A DNA stretch of 64,000 nt, from positions 1,094 through 65,093 of the IMG/VR virus record IMGVR_UViG_2936028420_000001, one strand, 5' to 3'. Origin of the DNA: a virus. The stretch's first letter is position 1; every line of letters starts with the position of its first letter. Below, one piece after another: positions 1-7,693 of this stretch. The notes under the pieces are model-generated. The model saw nothing but the letters and a program-made list of their open reading frames with translations. It made no database searches and was not told the origin of the DNA. Position numbers and translations under genes: made by a program.

Positions 1-107
1 TTGAGGCGGATGCGCTTGCCGTTCCGACGCACATAGACGCGCTCGTTGCCGTGGCGATCCTCGTCGCGGCTCAGGTACGGCAGATCCGTCTCCATGGCGC
101 CCCTCAT
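1..107 (-). CDS. int: Tyrosine integrase, N-terminal part (runs off left edge)
   Basis: Reads MRGAMETDLPYLSRDEDRHGNERVYVRRNGKRIRL..., typical of the N-terminal arm-binding region of rhizobial phage integrases; ATGA overlap with upstream ORF; catalytic domain not visible. Confidence 0.7.
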   Translation of the reverse strand, partial: MRGAMETDLPYLSRDEDRHGNERVYVRRNGKRIRL

Positions 108-304
108 GATGGCTGTCGATCCGCCCATTTGCTGGCCGGTTCGGGCGGGGACTCTGCCGGGACAAGGGCGGTGGTGTCGAGCGGCTTCTTGCCTATCAAC
201 AGGGTACCGTCGGGCTTCATGCCGACCACAAAGCTGCCCGCGCGCTCGACGCCCTTGATGGCGCGGGCGAGGGACATCTCGGTGAAGGGCAGGGCCTTGC
301 TCAC
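104..304 (-). CDS. Excisionase-like small protein
   Basis: 66 aa, translationally coupled directly upstream of int; function by position only. Confidence 0.5.
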   Translation of the reverse strand: MSKALPFTEMSLARAIKGVERAGSFVVGMKPDGTLLIGKKPLDTTALVPAESPPEPASKWADRQPS

Positions 305-546
305 CTATCCCGCTCCCAAATTTCGAGGGTTTGACGCACGCCATCAGCGAACACGTCGAAGGTCTGAGCCGGCGTCGAGTCCTTGAATTGCGTGTTGATG
401 AAGATCTTAGCGAGCAGATAGGTCAGCACCTGTCCGGCGACCGCGGGCGGCAGCGCCCGAAACTCCGAATACATGGCGGTGGCAAGGTCGGCGACCGCCG
501 TACCCTGAGCGATCGTGGCAAACTGGAGCTTGGGGACGTCGCTCAT
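301..546 (-). CDS. Hypothetical phage protein
   Basis: 81 aa, ATGA overlaps both sides. Confidence 0.7.
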   Translation of the reverse strand: MSDVPKLQFATIAQGTAVADLATAMYSEFRALPPAVAGQVLTYLLAKIFINTQFKDSTPAQTFDVFADGVRQTLEIWERDR

Positions 547-827
547 GGGATCAGCCCGGTCTTGCGCGCCAGCGCGATGCCGGCGAGGCCTTGCTCGACC
601 ACGGCTTTGCAGCCGCCCGGGAAAGGCTCGTCTGCTGGCACAGCCTGATAGTGCCGGGCCTTAACGATCTTCATGCCGGTTTCGAGCGCCTTCACCAGCG
701 ATTGCAGCGTCTTGATCTTCTGCGCGGCGGGTGCGTCCTCAGCGCTGAGCCCAAATTTTTCGGTCCGCTCCGCCGCCGCATCAAGCGTGGCGTCGAGCGA
801 TTCAGACATTTCCTTGTTGTAGCTCAT
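543..827 (-). CDS. Hypothetical phage protein
   Basis: 94 aa, coupled ORF, GGAG RBS. Confidence 0.7.
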   Translation of the reverse strand: MSYNKEMSESLDATLDAAAERTEKFGLSAEDAPAAQKIKTLQSLVKALETGMKIVKARHYQAVPADEPFPGGCKAVVEQGLAGIALARKTGLIP

Positions 828-1426
828 GATAGCTTCTCCGGTCGGTGATGGTCGGTTGGAGTCTTGGCGAAGATGCCCACGGGCGGCATGCCTTCAGGCA
901 CCTCGCCGCGCACCAGGGGGTAGCCGCTGAAGGGCGCCATGGTGATGCCGGCGGCCGTCCAGGCGGTCCGCACGCGGCGGATCAGTTCAAGCGAAAGGTT
1001 CTGGTCGAGGTCGAAGGTGTGCCAAGCGTCCATGCGCATGGCGATCTCGGCGGCTTCGACCGCGGTGTCCATGTTGGCGAAGACGCCGATCGCCAGCCCG
1101 GTGCGGGTGTGCTCGACGCAGGCGAGGCCATGGCTCGCCCTGTAGCCGGTCTCGGGCTCGATGCAGAGGAACGGCGACCACCACGCTCCGAAGGGCGCGC
1201 GGACGATGCCCTGCACCTCGCTGTGGTCATCCTTGGTGGGGCCGCGCACGCCGAAGCGGCAGAAGGTCCAGCCGGGATAGGACGGATGGCTGGCCATCAG
1301 CGCGGTGTAATCGTCCCATGCTGGATGCTGCGCCGGTTCGGAAGCGGTGGGTGATGGCTGGGGAAGCGATGGGGAACGCCGAACCTTGCCCCATGCCGTC
1401 GCCAGTAACCTCGTGATGCGCTTCAT
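824..1426 (-). CDS. Hypothetical phage protein
   Basis: Start reassigned to MKRITR (ATGA overlap with upstream stop at 1423). Confidence 0.7.
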   Translation of the reverse strand: MKRITRLLATAWGKVRRSPSLPQPSPTASEPAQHPAWDDYTALMASHPSYPGWTFCRFGVRGPTKDDHSEVQGIVRAPFGAWWSPFLCIEPETGYRASHGLACVEHTRTGLAIGVFANMDTAVEAAEIAMRMDAWHTFDLDQNLSLELIRRVRTAWTAAGITMAPFSGYPLVRGEVPEGMPPVGIFAKTPTDHHRPEKLS

Positions 1427-1719
1427 GCGGCTACCCGCTGATGCCGAGCCGCGCGCTGATCCTGAAACATCGTCAGCGCGGCAGCTATCCGGCCCTTCTC
1501 GGTGATCTCCCAACTCCTATATGAGTGGAAGGCCGCGCCGCCGGCCATCAGAGCCAGAAGCAGAAGCCGCACGCCCTCGTATTGCGAGTGAGTGATGCCC
1601 TGCCGGTCAGGGCTAGATCCGATGCCCATGCCGAAGGCTACATCGAAGGTCGTCCCCGGGCTGTGTTCGAGCAAAGCGATCAACGCGCGCTTCTCGCGCC
1701 GCGTCAGAATCCACGCCAT
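1423..1719 (-). CDS. Hypothetical protein, possible winged helix
   Basis: Ends WEITEKGRIAA, wing-like; first gene after the 1720-1988 intergenic region. Confidence 0.55.
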   Translation of the reverse strand: MAWILTRREKRALIALLEHSPGTTFDVAFGMGIGSSPDRQGITHSQYEGVRLLLLALMAGGAAFHSYRSWEITEKGRIAAALTMFQDQRAARHQRVAA

Positions 1720-1988
1720 GGAAATACCCCCCAAAGTCCGGCAGCCGGTATGTGATGGCCCGGCGGCCGGAGGAAAGAATGACCGGCTCCAGGGTGATGG
1801 GCCCGGAGCCGGCTTCGCGCGAATCAGTAAGTGATGCTGACCTAAACACTCTCACTGTCAACGTGAGTATTCTATAAAAAAGTGTGAAGACTCACATTAA
1901 TTCGGGGAACACCGTACGGATACCATCCATACAATCGTCCGGCCTGTGGACAGAGAACACGGCGTTCCGTTGCGGGCATCACGTAGAA

Positions 1989-2264
1989 CTACGAAGCTGG
2001 TGACGATGAGGCTCGCTTACATGCCAACGTCACTGTCCTCGGATCGTCAGGTCGTCCGGCTGTGGTGATAGCGGCACTGGCTCCGCATGTCTTACACCGG
2101 GCGATCAGGATGCCGCAGCACTCGGCCGGATATGGCAGATTTGCGAGGCAGGCTGACTTGGCGCCATGGGCAAGGTCGACGTCGATGCCATTGGGGTGGG
2201 CTGGGTTCGGTGCGCATTGAGCCTTTCGGCCGTTGGTGACGAAGGTGACGTCGATTTTGCTCAT
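1989..2264 (-). CDS. Cys-rich hypothetical protein
   Basis: 91 aa with CC and CKTC motifs; coupled ORF. Confidence 0.65.
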   Translation of the reverse strand: MSKIDVTFVTNGRKAQCAPNPAHPNGIDVDLAHGAKSACLANLPYPAECCGILIARCKTCGASAAITTAGRPDDPRTVTLACKRASSSPAS

Positions 2265-2485
2265 GATGCTTGCGCCTCCAGCATGTCGAAATCTTCCTGT
2301 TCCAAATCCATGAGGGTTCGGGGCGGGTGTTCCACCTCAACGTCTCCACGTCCGGAACAGATGGGACAGGTGCCGTGGTCGACCTCGCCCATGTGGGGGT
2401 GGCCGCAGCCGGGCTCGTAGGTGATGCCGTAGCGGATATCGCGGCCTTCGCCTTGGCAGGCTGGGCACGGTTCGATGACGATCAC
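2261..2485 (-). CDS. DnaJ-type Zn-finger small protein
   Basis: CPACQGEG and CPICSGRG repeats; GTGA overlap start. Confidence 0.65.
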   Translation of the reverse strand: MIVIEPCPACQGEGRDIRYGITYEPGCGHPHMGEVDHGTCPICSGRGDVEVEHPPRTLMDLEQEDFDMLEAQAS

Positions 2486-2685
2486 GGGCGCTGATCTCCC
2501 TGGCTGAACATCGGCTCCGCCTCGGCGAAGCACGCATTGTCGTTGACGGCGGGCTTGCCGAGCTCGCGGAATCGGCCGGCGGCGATGATGAGCTTGCCGC
2601 GAGAGCTCACGACGAAGATCAGGGATGGCGCGGCGGCGAAGGCGCGAGTCATTGCGGCGCGCCAGCGGTCGTGAGCCTCCGTCAT
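2482..2685 (-). CDS. Hypothetical phage protein
   Basis: 67 aa, coupled ORF. Confidence 0.55.
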   Translation of the reverse strand: MTEAHDRWRAAMTRAFAAAPSLIFVVSSRGKLIIAAGRFRELGKPAVNDNACFAEAEPMFSQGDQRP

Positions 2686-2843
2686 GGCTTACTCACTGGT
2701 TCGGAAGCGGTGGGTAACCGGTTCGATCCCATGCACGGACCGCATGTGAAGCGATCCGCCTGGGCGGTTGGGCAGCGGAAGGGCTCCCCGCAACTCTCGC
2801 AGGCCCTGGTAACAAACAACACCGGATTGCGGCTGTTGCTCAT
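2682..2843 (-). CDS. Zn-ribbon mini-protein (53 aa, not in ORF track)
   Basis: MSNSRNPVLFVTRACESCGEPFRCPTAQADRFTCGPCMG...; ATGA overlaps at both ends. Confidence 0.6.
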   Translation of the reverse strand: MSNSRNPVLFVTRACESCGEPFRCPTAQADRFTCGPCMGSNRLPTASEPVSKP

Positions 2844-3466
2844 TTCGGCCTCACGTCGAATTTCTGGAGGATGGCGCGGGCAACACCAACATCAAAACTA
2901 CAGCGCTCGCTATCCGTTTCTAGGCAAGCGCACGTGCCGCCCTCGGACTCGCAAATGACCTTGGTCAACTCGGCCTCGCTCACGCCCGAGCACGCTGCCG
3001 GAGTGAGAGCGTCTGATGACGCGATGCTCTCTGAATACAGCAGGCGAACATCTTGAATGTCGGGGGGCGGCGAATAGAACCCCCACACGCGGACAAGCAC
3101 GTTATCGTCACCTTGCGGCGCATATCCGGTCCAAGCGCATGGCGAAAGCTCGGCGGGAACGGTGCGAGCAGCGGCCCATTTGGCGCCAGCGAAGAACCCG
3201 GACCTAGCAGCCTCGTTAGGCAACATTAGCCCGACCGGCGTGCCCTGCTTATTCCATGACCAGTCATCGTAGGCTTGGTCGCAGCCGCTCGCCCCCTGGG
3301 CAGGTGGTTCGCCAATCGGCGCGCCTTCAGGCCATTTGCTGCCGGGTGTCAGGCCAGCTAAATGAACCTTTTTGCGCATGCAAAGGTTCGTCGCGCAGGC
3401 TTCCTTCGCGAAGCCGCATTCGCAGGTTGTCGCCCCTTGGGCAAGAACGTCTTTCTGTTCGCTCAT
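2840..3466 (-). CDS. Hypothetical phage protein
   Basis: Start MSEQKD via ATGA overlap. Confidence 0.6.
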   Translation of the reverse strand: MSEQKDVLAQGATTCECGFAKEACATNLCMRKKVHLAGLTPGSKWPEGAPIGEPPAQGASGCDQAYDDWSWNKQGTPVGLMLPNEAARSGFFAGAKWAAARTVPAELSPCAWTGYAPQGDDNVLVRVWGFYSPPPDIQDVRLLYSESIASSDALTPAACSGVSEAELTKVICESEGGTCACLETDSERCSFDVGVARAILQKFDVRPK

Positions 3467-3714
3467 AGCGGATAATCCCTTGCGCAGTAGCGGGGCTTGC
3501 GAACCTTCGGCACAACCTCGCAGATGAGGCAGAAGCGATCGGTGCGGCGCCCGCGCTTGACGATGCGCGTGTTCTCCGGTGTGCGGGGATGGCCGGCGGA
3601 GCAGCACTCGCTGACCGGCCGATGGTTGAGACGGCCAGAATTTGGCAACAGGGTCCGGCTAGTGCCGTGCCGAGTCTGCTCGGCAATTTCCTCGAGATCC
3701 TCAAGCTCGCTCAT
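3463..3714 (-). CDS. Small Zn-binding protein resembling an HNH-associated C-terminal motif
   Basis: CSAGHPRTPENT...RFCLIC pattern. Confidence 0.5.
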   Translation of the reverse strand: MSELEDLEEIAEQTRHGTSRTLLPNSGRLNHRPVSECCSAGHPRTPENTRIVKRGRRTDRFCLICEVVPKVRKPRYCARDYPL

Positions 3715-3904
3715 GGCGCACCTTGCCTTTCTGCGACAGGAGGTCGGTGGTCATGCCCCTCAATCGCTCGTAAATCAGCTTGGCGCGGTGACGATTCCGC
3801 TCGGTCTTGAAGGCGACAGACAGGTATCTCCGAGCGTCACCGATCGGCATGGAGACGATCCTGTGGTTGATGTCGGCGATGCCGGTGCTCTTGCGCTTCG
3901 CCAT
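3701..3904 (-). CDS. Hypothetical basic protein
   Basis: MAKRKSTG... start by TGATG overlap. Confidence 0.55.
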   Translation of the reverse strand: MAKRKSTGIADINHRIVSMPIGDARRYLSVAFKTERNRHRAKLIYERLRGMTTDLLSQKGKVRHERA

Positions 3905-4068
3905 CACATCACCGCCCTGACGCGATCGATGACGGTTTGATCGTTGAGCGGAGGGATTGCCACTTGCAGGCCCCACGACTTGCCGGCCTCGAAAGCCTTG
4001 TCCCAAGCGAGGGTGGCGCCGAGCAGCAGTCCAGCTACAAAGGCGATGGTGACACACAGGATCAGCAT
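3904..4068 (-). CDS. Small membrane protein
   Basis: N-terminal hydrophobic helix; GGAGG RBS. Confidence 0.6.
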   Translation of the reverse strand: MLILCVTIAFVAGLLLGATLAWDKAFEAGKSWGLQVAIPPLNDQTVIDRVRAVM

Positions 4069-4769
4069 GCTAGTTCCTCCGGTGATGCGGTGGATGGTTC
4101 GCTCTGTGATGGGTAGTCTCCGGGCCGTTCGAGCGATCGACGGCATGGTTGAATCCAAGTGAAGCGGGTGCCTTCGGCGCCGTCATTGAGCCACACCAGC
4201 CAGCAATAGGCGGTGGCGGTCGATCCCGTCGCGGTCAGCCGGCCTTTGACCATCGGCACGCGCTCGGTGAATTGAGCGACGATCGAGGGCGGCGCGACCT
4301 TGAACAGCTTCTCGTACCGCCCGACGCTTTCGAGGAAGCTGGTGCGAACAAGCATGGCGATGCCCTTCCAGCCCGGCACGGCGAATGCCTGCTGGATGAA
4401 GCGCTCCGCCGATTTGAAGGGCGGATTGGTCACGATAAAATCCGCCGGCCACGTTGGCTCGCCGAACAAGAAATCTGTCACTTTGGCGCCGATGCCATAG
4501 TCGAAGATGTCGCTGGCGAGCACTGAGCCGAAATACTCGGCGAGCGGTCGCGACATGTCGCCCATGCCACATGCAGGATCCCAAGCGGCCATCCTGCGCA
4601 GACGCATCCGGGCGATCTCCGGCGCGAGAGCGTATTCAGGCATCAGGACGTGCTCGATCAGGGCGCGCGTTGCCCATGGAGGTGTCGGGAAGAAATCGAG
4701 GCTGTCATTCGGCTCGCTTCGATCCTCCATGACCGACCGCCCCCCGGAGGGACGGAAGGTCTCAGGCAT
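4062..4769 (-). CDS. Orphan SAM-dependent DNA N6-adenine methyltransferase
   Basis: DFFPTPPW, motif I WDPACGMG, motif IV IVTNPPF; start at 4769 or 4730. Confidence 0.85.
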   Translation of the reverse strand: MPETFRPSGGRSVMEDRSEPNDSLDFFPTPPWATRALIEHVLMPEYALAPEIARMRLRRMAAWDPACGMGDMSRPLAEYFGSVLASDIFDYGIGAKVTDFLFGEPTWPADFIVTNPPFKSAERFIQQAFAVPGWKGIAMLVRTSFLESVGRYEKLFKVAPPSIVAQFTERVPMVKGRLTATGSTATAYCWLVWLNDGAEGTRFTWIQPCRRSLERPGDYPSQSEPSTASPEELAC

Positions 4770-5139
4770 TGCCGCCCTCGGTGGCTGCAATGAAAGCGCG
4801 ATCCGGATTTTTGTGGGCGAGGATCTGATAGGTGCCGCCCATGACCATGCGAAGGAAGGCGTTGATACCCTCAACCTTCTCGTCGATGGTGGTCTCGCTA
4901 TTATCCAGATCGCTGGCGAGCATGTTGCACACTGCCGTGGCGAGCCCTTGCATGGTCTGCTCCAAAGGAGTGTCCATGTTGAACTCGTGCGCACCCCAGC
5001 GTGCCGCGGCCGGCAGGATTGCCAGCATTGCGCGCGCCGTTACTCCGCGTTGACCGGGCTCAGAAACGCTCGGCTCGATCGCCGCTCGCATCTTGCCGAT
5101 GCCGATCTCGACATCGGACAGTTTTACCGTCTTGGGCAT
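4762..5139 (-). CDS. Hypothetical protein (first gene after cro)
   Basis: AAGGA RBS; 125 aa. Confidence 0.7.
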   Translation of the reverse strand: MPKTVKLSDVEIGIGKMRAAIEPSVSEPGQRGVTARAMLAILPAAARWGAHEFNMDTPLEQTMQGLATAVCNMLASDLDNSETTIDEKVEGINAFLRMVMGGTYQILAHKNPDRAFIAATEGGNA

Positions 5140-5219
5140 TGGTCGTCCTTTTTGGTGATGGTCAAAAAGTCGATGCTCGATCAGGTCCGGGTGATGGCCG
5201 GGCAAGATCGGAGGTTGCA

Positions 5220-5843
5220 TTACGCCTTTACAAAATTGGTTTCGTCTATGCCGCCTTGGGATGAAGGCGGCGCCATCGACACGTTATTCACAGGCTGGAA
5301 CTGCACAAAATCGTTGGCAGTCACTTCACCATTGGTGACAGCGAAGATCGCTTCCAGCGCGCGCTTGCGCGGCATGGCGCGACCGTAGCGCCAGCTTTCT
5401 ACTGTTCGATCAGAGACATTGATGCCAGCAGCAATCATCTGGTCGGCAAACTTCTGGTTGCTCAACGATTTCGCTTCCAGCCAATTGGAGAAGGTGGTTC
5501 GCATCGGTTTCTTCTCGCTTCCATTGACGCGCTGCGGGTAGTGCAAATCGAGATGACAGCTCCGGCACAGCCACACCACCAAACGGGGCTGGCTATAGTC
5601 AGGATGATGCATCTCAGTGCTGGTGTTTCCGCATTTACACGGTTGCGGAACGAGCGTTCCGCGCTTCCTAGATCGCTTTGAGGAAGCTCTGGTGCGCCGC
5701 CGCGCCTTCTGCTCTGGCGTTAGCGGGTGGGTTTTCCGCCATTCCCGCTGGTATGCGGCGTGGCAGGCCCGGCAAAGGCCGCCAAGCGGTAGCACGCGAT
5801 CTAGCGGCTGTTGGCATCCCGAACAAAGCTGGCTGCGCGCCAT
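5220..5843 (-). CDS. HNH/Zn-finger domain fused to Cro-like HTH regulator
   Basis: N-half CxxC...CxxCH and PCKCG...HHPDYSQP..VWLCRSCH; C-half (from Met at 5504) XRE/Cro HTH ...VSDRTVESWRYGRAMP...TNGEVTANDF. Confidence 0.75.
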   Translation of the reverse strand: MARSQLCSGCQQPLDRVLPLGGLCRACHAAYQREWRKTHPLTPEQKARRRTRASSKRSRKRGTLVPQPCKCGNTSTEMHHPDYSQPRLVVWLCRSCHLDLHYPQRVNGSEKKPMRTTFSNWLEAKSLSNQKFADQMIAAGINVSDRTVESWRYGRAMPRKRALEAIFAVTNGEVTANDFVQFQPVNNVSMAPPSSQGGIDETNFVKA

Positions 5844-5886
5844 ACGAGTTATTCTCGGTTTCACATGAATTACGCGAATCTCACGT

Positions 5887-5915
5887 GAACCTAAGCTATA
5901 TCGGTTAAGGCGTCA
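5887..5915 (-). promoter_or_regulatory. Leftward sigma70-type promoter (PR-like) with GATATAG operators
   Basis: Minus strand TTGACG-17 nt-TAGGTT; GATATAGCTT boxes just upstream of -35 and in spacer/-10. Confidence 0.7.
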
Positions 5916-5925
5916 ATAAGCTATA

Positions 5926-6105
5926 TCACTTATTTTCCGGGACCTCAGCGGTCTTCGCAGCCTCGCGTCGTTCCAACTCGTTTTCTGCGGCCTCGCGAAG
6001 GAATTGCGACCTTTTGTTCTTTCCCATGAGGGCGTCGATACGCTCGATCGTTCGCTCGGACAGCCGAACGATGATCGGTTTCACGCTCAAAGAAGGCCGC
6101 CCCAT
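5926..6105 (-). CDS. Ribbon-helix-helix (Arc/Mnt/CopG-like) repressor
   Basis: MGRPSLSVKPIIVRLSERTIERIDALMGKNKRSQFLREAAENELERRE: alternating beta strand plus RSxFLRxA helix; start 6105 (track gives 6144). Confidence 0.8.
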   Translation of the reverse strand: MGRPSLSVKPIIVRLSERTIERIDALMGKNKRSQFLREAAENELERREAAKTAEVPENK

Positions 6106-6156
6106 ACGGCGAGAACTACCCGATATAGGAAAGTTCATCAACAAGCACTCCGAATT

Positions 6157-6201
6157 AAACGATATAGCTTAGTTGACACTATAAGTGATATAGTTTATAC
6201 A
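6157..6201 (+). promoter_or_regulatory. Rightward sigma70-type promoter (PL-like) with GATATAG operators
   Basis: TTGACA-17 nt-TATACA; CGATATAGCTTAG upstream of -35 and GTGATATAGTT in spacer. Confidence 0.75.
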
Positions 6202-6325
6202 TTCAATATCAGGTCGCCATCACAGGGCTCATCACAGTCCGCATCACACGGTCTGATCGCCGCGGCGGGAGGGTGCATCACCACCCTCCACCGGGTGCCA
6301 CCATCACAACCAATGGAGCAGCCCC

Positions 6326-6670
6326 ATGACAATTGGCTCCAAATCCCCTGAGACCATCCTTCGTGAAGCCCTCGTCCACGCCCAGGACGAGCTTAAGCGC
6401 GTGAACGACCACTACGCCTGCGTTCGCCCGGACGTGCGCGGCGTCGTCGCTGAGGCTCTCGCGGCCGTCCATACGCCGAGCACGGGGAGCGATGAACTGA
6501 TCCCGGCCTTGGATCTGATCGCTGTTATGGCCGGTCAGGCGTGGCTCGACATGACCGGGCACGGCGACGTGACCGAGATGCAGCGTCGGCACACGGTCGG
6601 CCGCATGATCGGCATCAAGAACCTGCTGAACGACGTCATCCTGCCGCGGATCAAGGGGGCGCAGTCGTGA
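6326..6670 (+). CDS. Hypothetical phage protein
   Basis: GGAG RBS, high GC3. Confidence 0.75.
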   Translation: MTIGSKSPETILREALVHAQDELKRVNDHYACVRPDVRGVVAEALAAVHTPSTGSDELIPALDLIAVMAGQAWLDMTGHGDVTEMQRRHTVGRMIGIKNLLNDVILPRIKGAQS

Positions 6671-6885
6671 ACACCTCCCTGCAGGCCGCCGGCCGCCTCA
6701 ACTGGCCGCGCTTTGATAGCTACCCGTTCCGCGTGATCGTCCGCGGTCGCTCCGGCGAGCAGTGGACCGTGCTCGAGATATTCGAGTGGTCGAACGAGGA
6801 GGGCGCCCACCGCGTCGGTCTCGAAACCATGGCGGACTATCCGGCTCTCGATGAGGTTCACTACTACGTCGGCGAGGTGGCGTGA
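6667..6885 (+). CDS. Hypothetical phage protein
   Basis: GTGA overlap start. Confidence 0.65.
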   Translation: MNTSLQAAGRLNWPRFDSYPFRVIVRGRSGEQWTVLEIFEWSNEEGAHRVGLETMADYPALDEVHYYVGEVA

Positions 6886-7088
6886 TGCAGAAGCCCTGCT
6901 CATTTTGCGGCAAGCGCCACTTTTTCAACGGCGATTGCCCCGGTGGAACGCTTCCAGGGACCGGCGAGGATATCGCCGGTCTCCTCCGCCAGAAGGCGGC
7001 GGCGCCGATCAAGCCCAGCAAGCCACAGAAGCCGGCCGATATCGGCCTGTTCAGCGACGAGCGGGATCAGACGGAGTTCAAGCTGTGA
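6885..7088 (+). CDS. Small Cys-containing protein
   Basis: CSFCG..H....C; coupled ORF. Confidence 0.6.
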   Translation: MQKPCSFCGKRHFFNGDCPGGTLPGTGEDIAGLLRQKAAAPIKPSKPQKPADIGLFSDERDQTEFKL

Positions 7089-7258
7089 CCCACAACCTGA
7101 AGGGCGGCATCGGTCCGCTCAAGATCTTCCACATCGGCCAGATGACCTACACGGTCGAGCGCAACGGCAAGGTGCTCGATACGGTCGAAGGCATGAACAA
7201 TGCCTATCTGGCGGCGGAGCGCATCATCGCTCAAGACAAGGTGGAGCAGCAGTCATGA
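7085..7258 (+). CDS. Hypothetical phage protein
   Basis: GTGA overlap start. Confidence 0.6.
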   Translation: MTHNLKGGIGPLKIFHIGQMTYTVERNGKVLDTVEGMNNAYLAAERIIAQDKVEQQS

Positions 7259-7374
7259 GGAGTAGCCCTCACTGCCGCAACTGCGGCTCCGATCATGTCG
7301 GGCCCTACTACTGTGAGGATTGTGGATTCGACGGGATCAGTGTGCCTGAGACCGAAAGCGAGGAGGAACAATGA
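7255..7374 (+). CDS. 39-aa Zn-ribbon protein
   Basis: CRNCGS...YCEDCG; ATGA overlaps. Confidence 0.55.
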   Translation: MRSSPHCRNCGSDHVGPYYCEDCGFDGISVPETESEEEQ

Positions 7375-7607
7375 CCACCAAGGCCCAGCATCTCCAAGTG
7401 ATCCGCCGCTATGCGGACGTGCGCGGCTCCGCCGGCAGCACGAACGATGCACTCAGGATGCTCTTTGTCCGTCGCGGGATCGAGCGCACCTTGACGCCCG
7501 ACGCGATCCACGAACTGGCAATGATCCTGATCCGCAACAGGATGCTTCACAACCGCTTTGCGGCCGAGAGCCGCAAGCACCACAGGAGAGCGCAGCTCAT
7601 TGCTTAG
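7371..7607 (+). CDS. Hypothetical phage protein
   Basis: GGAGG RBS; coupled ORF. Confidence 0.65.
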   Translation: MTTKAQHLQVIRRYADVRGSAGSTNDALRMLFVRRGIERTLTPDAIHELAMILIRNRMLHNRFAAESRKHHRRAQLIA

Positions 7608-7693
7608 GTTCACCTTAGAGACTACCGCGCTGACGATCGCCATCACGATCATCATCGTCGGGACACTGGCTTAACCATCACAGGGACCATCAC

